Assembly: GCA_038087875.1 (NCBI GenBank)
Contig: CM075995.1
Coordinates: 5,210,001-5,274,000 of the forward strand
Reading direction: 5' to 3'
Origin: Malacoraja senta
Taxonomy: Eukaryota
DNA length: 64,000 nucleotides
A program made the position numbers and the translations under genes. The notes beneath the pieces are model-generated. The model ran no database searches and had not been told where the DNA came from. It saw only the letters and a list, made by a program, of their open reading frames with translations. This document shows positions 48,535 to 62,300 of the stretch, piece by piece. Numbering within the stretch: position 1 is the stretch's first letter; the number at the start of each line of letters is the position of its first letter.

Positions 48535-48755
48535 ATAATGGGTGACTTCAATCTACATATAGATTGGGTGAATCAAATTGGCAGGGGTGCTAAGGAAGAG
48601 GATTTCTTGGAATGTATGCGGGATAGTTTTCTAAACCAACATGTAGAGGAACCAACGAGAGAGCAGGCTATTCTAGACTGGGTATTGAGTAATGAAGAAG
48701 GGATAGTTAGCAGTCTTATTGTGCGTGGCCCCTTGGGCAAGAGTCACCATAATAT

Positions 48756-48854
48756 AAAGTCTGAAGAAGGGTTTCGGCCCGAAACGTTGCCTATTTCCTT
48801 CGCTCCATAGATGCTGCTGCACCCGCTGAGTTTCTCCAGCATTTTTGTGTACCT
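48756..48854 (+). mobile_element. Solo 99-bp Penelope tail
   Basis: 12-bp TSD TCACCATAATAT (48744-48755, 48855-48866). Confidence 0.9.
48759..48790 (+). ncRNA. Minimal type I hammerhead ribozyme motif (predicted)
   Basis: CUGAAGA-A-GGGU-UUCG-GCCC-GAAACGUU; palindromic ACGU stem III (dimer type); stem I only about 2 bp. Confidence 0.65.
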
Positions 48855-51800
48855 TCACCATAATATGGTTGAGTTCTTCATTAGGATGGAGAGTGACGTA
48901 ATTAATTCAGAAACAAGGGTTATGAACTTAAAGAAAGGCAACTTTGAACGTATGAGACGTGAATTGGCCAAGATAGACTGGCAATTGATTCTTAAAGGGT
49001 TGACGGTGGATATGCAATGGAAGGCATTTAAAGACTGCATGGATGAACTACAACAATTGTTCATCCCAGTTTGGCAAAAGAATAAATCAGGGAAGGTAGT
49101 GCATCCGTGGATAACAAAGGAAATCAGGGATAGTATCAAAACAAAAGATGAAGCATATAAAGTAGCCAGAAAAAGCAGCCTACCAGAGGACTGGGAGAAA
49201 TTCAGAGTCCAGCAGAGGAGGACAAAGGGCTTAATTAGGAAAGGGAAAATAGATTATGAAAGAAAACTGGCAGGGAACATAAAAACTGACTGCAAAAGTT
49301 TTTATAGATATGTGAAGAGAAAAAGATTAGTTAAAATAAATGTAGGTCCCTTGCAGTCAGAAACGGGTGAATTGATCATGGGGAACAAGGACATGGCAGA
49401 TCAATTGAATAACTACTTTGGTTCTGTCTTCACTAAGGAAGGCATAAATAATCTGCCAGAAATAGCAGGGGACCGGGGGTCAAATGAGATGGAGGAACTG
49501 AGTGAAATCCAGGTTAGCCGGGAAGTGGTGTTAGGTAAATTGAATGGATTAAAGGCCGATAAATCCCCAGGGTCAGATAGGCTGCATCACAGAGTACTTA
49601 ATGAAGTAGCCCCAGAAATAGTGGATGCATTAGTGATAATTTTTCAAAACTCTTTAGATTCTGGAGTAGTTCCTGAGGATTGGAGGGTAGCTAATGTAAC
49701 CCCACTTTTTAAAAAGGGATGGAGAGAGAAAATGGGGAATTACAGACCAGTTAGTCTAACATCGGTAGTGGGGAAACTGCTAGAGTCAGTTATTAAAGAT
49801 GAGATAGCAGCACATTTGGAAAGTGGTGAAATCATTGGACAAAGTCAGCATGGATTTATGAAAGGTAAATCATGTCTGACGAATCTTATAGAATTTTTCG
49901 AGGATGTAACTAGTAGAGTGGATAGGGGAGAACCAGAGGATGTGTTATATCTGGACTTTCAGAAGGCTTTCGACAAGGTCCCACATAAGAGATTAGTATA
50001 CATACTTAAAGCACACGGTATTGGGGGTTCAGTATTGATGTGGATAGAGAACTGGCTGGCAGACAGGAAGCAAAGAGTAGGAGTAAACGGGTCCTTTTCA
50101 GAATGGCAGGCAGTGACTAGTGGGGTGCCGCAAGGCTCAGTGCTGGGACCCCAGCTATTTACAATATATATTAATGATTTGGACGAGGGAATTGAATGCA
50201 ACATCTCCAAGTTTGTTGATGACACGAAGCTGGGGGCAGTGTTAGCTGTGAGGAGAGATGCTAGGAGGCTGCAAGGTGACTTGGATAGGTTGGGTGAGTG
50301 GGCAAATGCATGGCAGATGCAGTATAATGTGGATAAATGTGAGGTTATCCACTTTGGTGGCAAAAACAGGAAAGTAGACTATTATCTGAATGGTGGCCGA
50401 TTAGGAAAAGGGGAGATGCAACGAGACCTGGGTGTCATGGTACACCAGTCATTTGAAAGTAGGCATGCAGGTGCAGCAGGCAGTGAAGAAAGCGAATGGT
50501 ATGTTAGCATTCATAGCAAAAGGATTTGAGTATAGGAGGCAGGGAGGTTCTACTGCAGTTGTACAGGGTCTTGGTGAGACCACACCCTGGAGTATTGCGT
50601 ACTGTTTTGGTCTCCTAATCTGAGGAAAGACATTCTTGCCATAGAGGGAGTACAGAGAAAGTTCACCAGACTGATTCCTCGTTATGTCAGGACTTTCATA
50701 TGAAGAAAAGACTGGATACTCGCTAGGCTTGTACTCGCTAGAATTTAGAAGATTGAGGGGGGATCTTATAGAAACTTACACAATTCTTAAGGGGTTGGAC
50801 AGGCTAGATGCAGGAAGATTGTTCCGATGTTGGGGAAGTCCAGAACAAGGGGTCACGGTTTAAGGATAAGGGGGAAGTCTTTTAGGACCGAGATGAGAAC
50901 AACTTTTTTCACACAGAGAGTTGTGAATCTCTGGAACTCTCTGCCACAGAAGGTAGTTGAGGCCAGTTCATTGGCTATATTTAAGAGGGAGTTAGATGTG
51001 GCCCTTGTGGCTAAAGGGATCAGGGGGTATGGAGAGAAGGCAGGCATGGGATACTGAGTTGGATGATCAGCCATGATCATATTGAATGGCGGTGCAGGCT
51101 CGAAGGGCCGAATGGCCTACTCCTGCACCTATTTTCTATGTTTCTATGTTTCTATTACACAGCTACATGCTGGTCCAGAGAATAAGGGGCAAAGACCCCA
51201 CAAGTTTAACATGTTGATTCAACAATACGAACACTGTGGAATACAACTAAACAAACTCAGTGGGCTTGAGTCACAAAGGAAAGGAAAAATAGCAAGGAAC
51301 TAATACTGAATCCATTCAAGACATTGTTTTGGCTTCAATTCTGATGCTCCATTTAATGATGCACGCTCAGCATACACCATAAACTGCATATGAACATTTG
51401 ATTTGATGATTCTTCAATTACAAAATATAATATTTACACTTAGCGCTTGTAAAGTTGCGGCTTTCTTCACCTGAACATAGATGGAATTAGCAAATCTGAA
51501 ATGTTGTGGAAGTGGTTAAAAAATAAAATAAACCTTTTCTTCTGCACAGTAAATCAGAAGTCAAGAGGTGCAAAATCTGGATCAGGATCTGAAGATTTAA
51601 GCAGCATTTCTATTTTCCACCCATTACACATTTACTGCTTCTGCAGGTGGCTTTTGATGCACAGTGTATAACATAATTTCCAATGGAGAAACTAGTTCCT
51701 TGGATTGCTGGAACATAATGCAGTTCAGGCACAATTAAAGATGATCCAGGCTTTCACCATTAACTATGCAGAGAACGGTATCTCTGGTCATCACATGCAC

Positions 51801-51974
51801 TGAAAAGCACATAAGTCGCAATATACAAAAGGACACATAGTGCTGGAGTAATTCAGCGAGTCAGGCAGCTCCTCTGGAGAACATCGACAGGTGACGTTTC
51901 AGGTCGGGATCCGTCCTCAGACTCATCATTTGAAATGGAACTGTATAAGTCCTTGCAATGGGAAAAGACAAGAA

Positions 51975-52210
51975 CTTTGCACACAAATGGTGGTGGGTGT
52001 ATGGAACGAGCTGCCAGAGGAGGTAGTTGAGGCAGGGACTATCCTAACATTTAATAAATAGTTCGACAGGTACTTGGATAGGACAGGTTTGAAGGGATAT
52101 GGGCCAAACGCAGGCAGGTGGAACTAGTGTAACTGGGACATTTTTGCTGGCATGGGCAAGTTGGGCCGAAGGGCCTGTTTCTACTCTGTATGACTCTATG
52201 ACTCTATAAC
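51975..52210 (+). mobile_element. CR1 3' end
   Basis: TGGAACGAGCTGCCAGAGG...GGGCCGAAGGGCCTGTTTC...(TGACTCTA)n. Confidence 0.85.
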
Positions 52211-52496
52211 TAACACAAGCAGGAAGAGACGAATGGTCTCCTTCCATTGAATTAGACTTTATTAATCCCCTTATTCAGGGGAAATTCAGATGTCCTTGCA
52301 GCACACTAATAAAATACAACATAGTATTAAAAAGAAGTTCAACACCAAAACACCAAAAAGAAGTTCAACACCAACACCAAAACATCCCCCCACAGTGGTT
52401 CCCACTGTGGGGGAAGGCACAAAGTCCAGTCCCCATCCTCTTGTCCATTGAATCTCATCCTGTAAAGGCGTCAGGAAGAGTAACCATAATCATATC

Positions 52497-52587
52497 TGAG
52501 GAAGGGTTTCGGCCCGAAACGTTACCTATTTCCTTCGCTCCATAGATGCTGCTGCACCCGCTGAGTTTCTCCAGCATTTTTGTGTAC
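52497..52587 (+). mobile_element. Solo Penelope tail with hammerhead motif
   Basis: 13-bp TSD CCATAATCATATC (52484-52496, 52588-52600); CUGAGGA...GAAACGUU. Confidence 0.88.
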
Positions 52588-54404
52588 CCATAATCATATC
52601 AAGATGTGGCGACAGAGAGATTGACTTCTGTCTCACATTCACCTTCCATACAATCGGGAGCATTCGCCTGCTTCCCATATCAGATTCAACATCTGCCGGG
52701 TTTGCTTTAGATCAGTGACTAATGCTTCATATCCCTCAGCTGGTAAACAAAATTAGAAACACAAATCTTACATCAATCTGTTACTTTGCCACAGTGAAGA
52801 TAAATATTCAAATCAGCAAAAATAGCAAGCATCCTTACAAATGTTTCAGTCTGGGTTCTCTGCATAACTATAGTGTGAACAAGCTCACCAAGATGTAGAA
52901 GCTCTAACAAACGTGATCTTTTATTCAAACAGCTTCTCCGGAATGACTGTGTTACTTCTGCAAACACTGTTGTATCTCAGTGAACCATCTGACGCTGTAA
53001 TTAAAGAGCCAGCAGTCTCAAAGCAACAATTACCTTATTACAACCAGAACTAGAGTCCCCCCTTCCTTCTCTCCAGAGATGCTGCCAGACCTGCTGAGTT
53101 ACTCCAGCATTTTGTGTCTATCTTCCGTGTAAACCAGCATCAGAAGTTCCTTCTTGCATAACCAAAACTACACACCCTACATCACCCATTTAATGTAGAA
53201 AGATATTTCTTGCCCGAAATCTTCTCCCCTTTTTGCATCCTACTCCATACCTCACTGCTCAACATTGCATTTGGAATTTGAGAAAGGAATGGTATAAATG
53301 AGCAATGATGATTGAAGAGTTACACTGAATGTCAGCAGTTGGCAACTACAGTGAAATAAAGTGGAATAAAGTGGAAAATATTTACCTTAAAAGTACAAGC
53401 CCCCCACAAGCCCCCCGATGAAAGGAATAGATCGGGTAGATGCACAGAGTCTCTTGCCCAGCATTTAAGAATAAGAATAAGAATAAGTTTACTGGCCAAG
53501 TATTCACATACAAGGAATTTGCCTTGGTGCTCCGCCCGCAAGTGACAACATGACATACAGTGACAGTTAGGAATGACACATAAAACATTTTGAGTCTATC
53601 TTCGGTTTAAACCAGCATCTGCAGTTCCTTCCCACATATTTCTATACTCAATACTCTGACTGATGAAGACCAATGTGCCAAAAGCCTTTTTGATCACCCT
53701 ATTCACGTGTGACACCACTTTTAAGGATGTTGCTTAGTGAAGTTGTGAGGTTGGACGTGGGTCTCCACTTAAGAAGGAGATGAGACGTGCTTTTTTTTCA
53801 CAGCAAGTCATCGTGGTAACGCTATATGCCATGGTAACACTATGTAACATTCTGCTTGCTTTAACTTTCTTTCGCATGAACTTGACGTATGTATGTACTG
53901 ATGAACTGTATGATCTGCCTGGTTGGAACACAACGTTTTTCATTGTGTCTTTGTGCACGGGACCATAAGAATAAACCAGATTATTTGGAACGATTTTCCA
54001 CATAAGGTGGTGGAAGCAGAATTTTTGAATATTTTTAAAGGCAGAGGTGGATACATACTTGATCAGCAGGGGATCGGAACAGTAACCACAGATAGACAGG
54101 GAATCAGATTTGAGTTTACATTCAAAATTAAATGGAAGAGCAAATAGCTTTTCCCTGCTTCAAATTCATATGTTCGTACATTTTGCATTTTTCATGAATA
54201 AATCACTAGTACATTTCCAAAATGTTTTCTCTTCTCGCACTCTGTAACCCACTATCGCTACACTGCATTATTTAATTTCATTGTTTTCTCAGAATCTCAT
54301 TGCTTTTGATTGTTTTACTTTCCTTGGGCTTTACTTCCTCTTACAAGTGCAGATGGTAGTTTATGTCCTGAAGGCAGTGAAAACCTTCAATATGACAGCA
54401 ACTG

Positions 54405-54810
54405 TATATCTGGGCCTGTACTTGCTAGCGTTTAGAAGGATGAGGAAGGGACCTCATTGAAACTTATCAAATAGTGAAAGGCCTGGATAGAGTGGATGTG
54501 AAGAAGCTGTTTCCACTGGTGGGAGAGTCTAGGACCAGACACAACAGCCTTAGAATAAAAGGACGTACCTTCAGAAAGGAGATGAGGAGGATTTTCCGTC
54601 GTCGGAGGGTGATAAATGTGTGGAATTCATTGCCACAGAAGGCTATGGAGAACAAAGTCAAGGGATATTTTTTAAGGCAGAGATTGATAGATTCTTGATT
54701 AGTATGGGTGTCAGGGGTTTTGGGGAGAAGGGGTTTTGGGGAGAAATAGATCAGCCATGATTGAATGGCAGAGTAGACTTGATGTGCCGAATGGCCTAAT
54801 TCTGCTCTTA
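54405..54810 (+). mobile_element. CR1 3' end
   Basis: KGLDRVDVKKLFPL...VINVWNSLP. Confidence 0.85.
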
Positions 54811-55069
54811 AAACGTATACGATACGATACGATAGAACTTTATTTATCCCAGGAGGGAAATTCATCTGCCAACAGTTATAAAAACACAAAATACATGAAA
54901 CATGAAATTAAAGTGACGAGTGAAAAGGATTGGGGATGTGCAAAGATTGGGGAAGGTGGGTGGGGAGTGGGGGGGGGGGGGGAGTGGAGTTAGTCTCAGT
55001 CTACTCCACAACAGAAGGGGGAGGAGCTGTCCAGTCTGATAGCCACAAGAAGAAGGATCTCCTGTGGCG

Positions 55070-55179
55070 TGAACACACTTCTCGGCATCTGCACAATGTT
55101 ATCTGTCTTGGTGGTGGAAAGATTGGTGGAAACAGGGGCTCTTTCCTTGACCCCGCGTGAACGCTCTTTCCTTGACCCC
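55070..55179 (-). mobile_element. HDV-ribozyme-headed retroposon, family 2 copy 2, rearranged and 3'-truncated
   Basis: GGGGTCAAGGAAAGAGC duplicated; shares downstream sequence with 38153-38305. Confidence 0.7.
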
Positions 55180-55339
55180 GCGAGAACTTATGAAATGACT
55201 GTTACAGCCGGTCTAGGACCAGCATCCACCCATCAGTTATAACTTGCTCAAGAACTTGCTTCGCCACGGTGTCCAATGTTGTGCTTGTCTCGACGAACCA
55301 TCACCATTGGTTGTCCTTCTCATTTGCAACAACACACCC

Positions 55340-58300
55340 ATTTTACTTCGGAGTCACGTGAGTGACTTCGTGAAGACCCCGTCCAGCACGCATGCGCGAC
55401 ATTAGCGTTCACGCAGTGCAACAGCGACGACCGGGAGTACAGGCGCTCCCGCTACACGTCGGTGAAAACTAAACAGCGGACCATCAGGTAAGTCTTACAC
55501 TGAGGTCGTAATCCGCAAGCTGTGCTCTGCTCTCTATTCCAGAGGAACTGGGAACAGGAGCAGCACGGCAAAGGAAGAAAACCGCCCCCCGTTCGACTCC
55601 AACAGAACGGGAGTGTTCCATCAGTGGGGGGCGAGAGGCGGCACCTGGACCGCATATGCTGCGGTCCACCCTCATCGAGACCGAGCCGAGCCCAGTACCG
55701 CTAGCGCAGCCTGATGAGCGGCAGCGGGCTGGAGGAAAAGTTTAAACAAACAAACAAACAAACAAACCGGCCGGTTATGTCTGACTCCGATGAGGAGGGT
55801 CCGCCTTAGAGCGGCAGAGCTAGCCGCCTGAGCCGAATGAAAAGGCTCATGGAGCAACTGCTCCAGCGAGACTTGCTTCAGGAGCTACAGCAGTCTCGCC
55901 AGGGGGATCAGGCACTCCCACAGCAGTGCTCTATAAATGCACTGGCCATCGCTTTCCCCTCAAAGCAGGGCAGCGTTGGCGACCAGGGCTGGGCTGGTCA
56001 GGAAGAGGGGTCATTGGCTGAAGATGTCGGGAGTACGCTTGGGGTACAGGATCAGGAAGAGCTGCTGGGTGTGGAGATCCGCTACGTGGTTTCACCACGA
56101 GCAGGGCGGCCATTGGAGCCAAAACTGGCGGCCAGCATCAACCACCTGTCCCTCAAACCCCTACAAGACAGGTACTTAATGAGGCACTAGAGCTGGAAAA
56201 CTGCAGTTCGCTCAATGTACCGGCTGTTAACAGCCAAATCTGGGGGGGGGGGGGGGGGGACAGAGTATCCGGAACCAGGAGCTAAAATCCTCAAGCTCCT
56301 GACGACAGGGATAACAGCCTATGCTCGTTCCGTGGATGGGGTGGATATGACCACAAACCAGCAAGACACTCTGGCTCTGCTGTGCTACACCCAATATGAG
56401 ATAAATAACCTCCGCAAGGAGAGAATAAGACCTGCCCTCAATCCCAGGTTTGCAGGACTGTGTAAAACACCGGCCTCAGAGCCGCAGATCCTGTTATTAG
56501 GAAGGACAAGTGAAAGACCTGGAGGAGGAGTCCAAAGCATTTGGCCTCATGAGGGCAGGCCCCGGAACGAGCAGACCCACACAAAAAACCAGACGGCAGT
56601 ACCCCACCGCGTCCACCAGTCAAGGTCAAATTTATGTCACTGGTGAAAGCTCGGGGTCCGCATACTATCCCCGAAAGCCTTTTTAGGCCAGGGCCCAGAG
56701 CGGACCCCATGGAAAATGCGCCACCCCCAATCAGCAGTACATCAACAGTACATCCAGCAGTATAACGACCGATGAACAAACGGAAGAAAGGAACACTACC
56801 ATAACCATGGAGGTAGGTGGGTTTGGTTCCTACCAGCATGTAAATGGGGAACTGTACTAACAGGAGGTGTCTCACGAATGATAGTTATATACTTAACAGT
56901 ATTCGGGGATACAAAATAGAGTTCATTCACGAAAACATGCCACCAGTTCAGCACGTACCCAAAGGGTCTTTACCCTCTCAGTCAAAGAGAACTAGAGGCT
57001 CAAGCAGAACTGGTGAGGTTACTTACAAAGGGTGTCATTGAGAAATCCAAACATGATCCTTTGGAATTTGTCTCAAATATATTTACCAAAAGTAAAAAAG
57101 ATGGTGGATGTCGCATCATCATTGACTTAACCTCACTAAATACCTTTGTTAAGTATGTACATTTCAAAATGGAAACATTTGTAACTGCTAAACAACTGAT
57201 TGCCAAAGGATACTTTATGGCAAGCATTGATCTAAAAGATGCCTACTATTCAGTACCCATTCACAAGGGTCATCGCAGATACCTGAAAATTTACCTGGAT
57301 GGGGCAACTATGGCAGTATAAAGTATTGCCTAATGGGTTGACATCAGCCTTAGACTATTTACCAAGATATTAAAACCAGCCTTGGCAACATTAGCGAAAC
57401 AAAGACATATTGTCATGGCGTATCTTGATGATATCCTAATAGTTGGCAAAACCATGGAGTTGGCTAAATCAGCTGTATTAGCTACCAAATAATAGTTTGA
57501 AACCCTGGGTTTGTCATACATCCAGATAAATCTAAGTTGACGCCATCCACAACTATGGACTATCTGGGATTCAATTAACTCAATCCACATGTCTGTAACG
57601 TTGCCAAAAGGTAAAGCAGCAGAATTGGCACAGATGTGCAACAATTTAATGGTAAGCAATCGACCAACCATCCCACAAGTGGCAAGAGTAATTGGCAAAA
57701 TGGTAGCAGCATTTTCAGCTACACAATTTGGACTCCTGCACTATCAGCACCTACAAAGGGCAAAAGTACAGGCGTTGAAACAACATGCAGGTCACTTTGA
57801 CAGATCCATGAAACTACCCATTGAAGCAATATCAGAGTTACAATGGTGCATATAACACATTTGGCATAGTTCCAGCCCTATCATCATCAATAACCCAACG
57901 TTAACTATACAAACAGATGCCAGTGCTCAAGGCTGGGGAGCAACTAATACCATATCCAGCACAGGTGGTAGATGGACTAACCTAGACTCGTCTTTACTAC
58001 AAACACTGGGCATAAATTATTTGGAAATGTTGGGTGCGTTTTATGGTTTTAAAGCATATTCTAGGAATATGCACAACTTGCATGTTCATTTACAAATTGA
58101 TAAATATCACGGTGGTGGCCTATATTAACCATATGGCCGGAATAAAATCGATATCATGTGACAATTGGGTCAACACAATCTGGTAATGGTGGGTCGATAG
58201 ACATATTTGGCTATCAGCAACTTACCTACCAGGTAAGCTAAATACAGTGCCAGGTCATGCAAATTCAATGATAAACACCAAATGGATGTTAAATCCTAGA

Positions 58301-60177
58301 GCTTTGCTAAAATTACAAACCAATATGGCACACCAGATATCGATCTCTTTGCATCCAGACTAAATCACCACGTACCAATGTATGTCCCTTGGGAACCACA
58401 CCCTGAGGCAGCAGCGATAGATGCATTCGCGCTGAACTGGGGGACAGATTTCTTCTATGCTTTTTCCCCTTCTGCCTTAATCTGTAGGGTACTACGCAAA
58501 ATACAGATGGACTCTGCTTCAGGTATTTTGATAGTACCAACTGGCCTACACAGCCATGATTCCCAGTGGTCCTCGACATGGTCATCGACACTCCTATGAC
58601 CTTTCCCAGTAGCCCAGACCTATTGACGCACCCTGTATCAGGCATAAGTCATCCATGCCATGCCAAAATTAACCTACTGGGTTGCAGATTATCAAAAGAC
58701 CACTGCTGGGACTGGGATTGTCTGACAGGACCATCAACATGATGACACCGTATGTCCACCAGGAAACAATACCTATCGAGCATCAGGAAGTGGGAAAGAT
58801 ACTGCTCGACTACTGGGACAACGTACTCATCTGCAACCATAACCAATGTACTGGAGTTCCTGGGGAGCCTTCACCATAATGAAGGATTGAGCTACAGCGC
58901 CATCAATACTGCCAGACGTGCGCTGTCAGCCTACTTAAAACAGGTGCCAGGACATCAGGCCATAGGGTCTCACCCGCTGGTGATCAAACTCATGAGGAGT
59001 ATCGTCAACTCCAACCCTCTTAGACCTAGGTATACACAAATCTGGGATGTCAGTGTGGTCCTGACATACCTAAGGGGATGGTCCCCAGCCAGGTCTCTCA
59101 CCCTGGAAAAGCTAACCCTGAAAACGGTCATGCTGATGCTACTAGTCTCAGCACAAAGAGTCCAGTCCCTCCACTTACTGCGACTGGACAACATGGTTAT
59201 AACACCAGACCGGGTCTCATTCACCATTCAGGAGCTGCTAAAGCAGAGCAAGCCAGGAACTTGAGTCCTAGTTATGGATTTCCGGGCATACCCACCTGAC
59301 CTACGGTTGTGTGTCATGACTCACTTATTAACTTACATCAACACAACAAGAGATTCTCGAGGGAGAAGGGAAAAAAATATATATATATATATAAATAAAT
59401 AAATAAATAAATAAATTAAAAAGCCTTATGGGTCAGCCACAAGAAACCTCAAGGTTGGGTGTCGAGCCAAACCATCTCGAGATGGCTCAAGCAGGTACTG
59501 GGAGCTGCTGGAGTAGATACTGATGTATATACATCTCACTCCACCAGGGCAGCATCCACATCGGCGGCTAAAAGAATGAACATGGAGAAAACGTTCCAAA
59601 CGTTCTACCACAAGCCGCTAGCAGAACCTGTGTTATTTGCAGAAAGAGTTTTAAAATCTGCAAAATTATATAATTTAAGCCCGGGGGAGCATTTTGTCTT
59701 TTGTTATTGTTTAATAGATACCATTATTGTTTACAAACAGATTATGGTTGATTACGATAACATACTTCCTCCCTTGAATGACTTCGGCAGCGAGTGAAGT
59801 ATGAACTGTTACACGGTTTGAAATCACAGAGCTTTGAAGTCTTCACGAAGTCACTCACGTGACTCCGAAGTAAAATAGTAAGATTAAACGAGAACTTACC
59901 AGTTTGAAGTTTGATCTGTATTTTATGAGGAGTTACGATGAGGGATTACGTGCCCTCCGCTCCCACCCTCAAATATATAGATCAACAGGTATCTTAGTTC
60001 TCCTTTTCTTTACTATGTTTATTTCAATTATTGTGTTTCCTGTGATTCCACACCGCTGCTTTGAAGAATGTCGCGCATGCGTGCTGGACGGGGTCTTCAC
60101 GTAATCCCTCATCGTAACTCCTCATAAAATACAGATCAAACTTCAAACTGGTAAGTTCTCGTTTAATCTTACTATTT
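55340..60177 (+). mobile_element. DIRS1-type retrotransposon C, full-length, ORFs decayed
   Basis: Left ITR 55340-~55403, ICR ~59840-59953, right ITR plus extension ~60067-60177; DGGCRIIIDL, DLKDAY, YLDD, DIDLFAS, AQRVQSL, HSTR. Confidence 0.93.
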
Positions 60178-60519
60178 ATAATTGCTGCAGCCATGCATTT
60201 AGATTGAACAGCTACATTACACTTTGTTATTCTGTGTACATTTTTCCCTTCATTAGTCCCACTAAATTTACATATGGCAAAATAAATTGCTCGTTATTTG
60301 TTGACTGCAGCTGGGAACATCTGTCTAAATTCATTAACATTATTAACATGACTTTTAATCAGCAAGCCTTTATCTCCCCTCTCTTTGTTTGTCTTTTGTA
60401 ATCACTATTTGGAGGAATAGAAATCCACAGAGAAAAGTAAGCCGCGGATATATTGGCACTTGGCACGGACTTTTTTTATTTATATACACTTTTGGCTAAT
60501 ATTAATGAGAAAATAATGC

Positions 60520-61385
60520 TGGTTCCCACAAGCCTGTTTGTGTTGAGTCCACACCGACCATTGATTACTCGTTCACACTGGTTCTATGTTATCCCACTAT
60601 CTCATCCACTCCCGACACACGTTAGGCCGATATACAGAGGGCCAATTAACCTACAAACCCGCACGTCTTTGGGATGTTGGAGGAACCCGGAGCACCCCTG
60701 GAGGAAACCCACGCGGTTACAGAGAGAACGTGCAAACTCCACTCTGCCAGCAGCCGAGGTCAGGATAGAACCTGGGTCACTGGCACTGTGAGCCCTTTCT
60801 GAATGAAAATCTGAATACCTTTCTGATTAGTTTAGTTTAGAGATACAGTGCGGAAACAGGCCCTTCGGTTCACTCAGTTCGCACCGACCAGCAATCCCCG
60901 CACATTAACACTTTCCTACACACACCAGGGACAATTTACACTTATACCAAGTCAATTAACCTACAAACCTGTACGTCTTTGGAGTGTGGGAGGAAACCGA
61001 GATCTCGGAGAAAACCCACGCAGGTCACGGGGAGAATGTAAAACTCCATACAGACAGCACCCGTAGTCAGGATCGAACATAGAAACATAGAAACATAGAA
61101 AATAGGTGCAGGAGGAGACCATTCGGCCCTTCGAGCCAGCACCGCCATTCATTGTGATCATGGCTGATCGTCCCCAATCAATAACCCGTGCCTGCCTTCT
61201 CCCCATATCCCTTGACTCCACTAGCCCCTAGAGCTCTATCTAACTCTCTCTTAAATCCATCCAGTGATTTGGCCTCCACTGCCCTCTGTGGCAGGGAATT
61301 CCATAAATTCACAACTCTCTAGATGTACTGGGTGCACAACATGGGTCTACTGGTGCTGTAAGGCTGCAACTATACCACTGTGCTA
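60520..61385 (-). mobile_element. Two V-SINEs, the second interrupted by a CR1 3' end (61078-61322)
   Basis: Antisense SINE cores; nested (TTTCTATG)n-tailed CR1. Confidence 0.8.
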
Positions 61386-61939
61386 CCTCTGAACGTGATG
61401 AGTTGACCTCTGAGGGAGTGGGCTTTGCATTCCTGGGTTATTTTGGCCTTGATAGCACTGAAGAACCCATACACATCATAGCTGTCAGTGATATACTGGG
61501 TGCCCGCATTGTTTCCCACCACCATTTGTTCTTTAGGTCATAGGTTTTATGATGGGCCTCAGTCTTCAGGTGTGTATAGATCTATCTCTCTTCCATTGAG
61601 CATGGCAGGCCTTCCAACAAATGCCTTGCATTTAGAGCTAAATATATCCTGCTTCTTTTACTCCTGCTTCTTGGTCATAGAGTCATAGAGTCACAGAGAA
61701 CGGAAACAGGTCCTTTGGTCCAATCCGTCCTTGCTGACCCAAATGCCCATCTAAGGTGGTTCAATTTGCTCACGTTTGGCCCACATCCCTCGAAACCTTT
61801 CCTACCCATGTCTCTTTAATTGCTGTTATCGTATCTCCCTTAAGTAGTTAAGTAGTTCTGACAGCTCGTTCCATATACCTCCCACCCCCCCTCTCCCCGA
61901 GTGAAGGCTGCCCATTCCTTATACTCACCGCCCTTCTTC

Positions 61940-62300
61940 TTGGTAGAGAAGCCAAGATCTCTCAAATCAAGTGGAAGAACAAGCAAACCAATGCCAGCAT
62001 CCTCTCCCTCAATACCACCAGCACTGAGGTCCTACACTGTGAGCAGAGGAAAATATTGAAGGATGCATTCAAACTTCCTTGCAGAATCGAGATACCCCAG
62101 GCCCATGAATGTCCACAGTGCTTCCTGCGCGGCACTGGGGACCTCAAGACCATCACCAGGAGTGTGTGTAAGGGCAGCATAAGTGGAGGAAGGAGCGCAT
62201 CGCATCCCCAACAACCCACTCATCCATCTTGTCAGAAATAGAGTCTGTAGGTCCCATATTGACCCCAGAGCCCAAAGAATTGGAGTGGGAGTAAGACATT
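61940..62300 (+). mobile_element. Old RTE-like LINE remnant
   Basis: LQIKWKNKQTNASILS resembles the RTE ORF C-terminal I-x-W-x-D-x-x-x-N motif; highly decayed. Confidence 0.45.

Larger units (their letters stand above)
47846..51152 (+). mobile_element. 5'-truncated CR1 LINE with disrupted ORF2 (hAT MITE and Penelope tail insertions, frameshifts)
   Basis: VIMGDFN, YRPVSL, QHGF, DFQKAFD, PQGSVLGP, FVDD; (TTTCTATG)n tail. Confidence 0.92.

Noticed and set aside
48811..48870. N-terminus MLLHPLSFSSIF of the 572-aa ORF as a real start
   Set aside because: The ATG comes from the inserted Penelope tail fused by chance in frame with CR1 ORF2.
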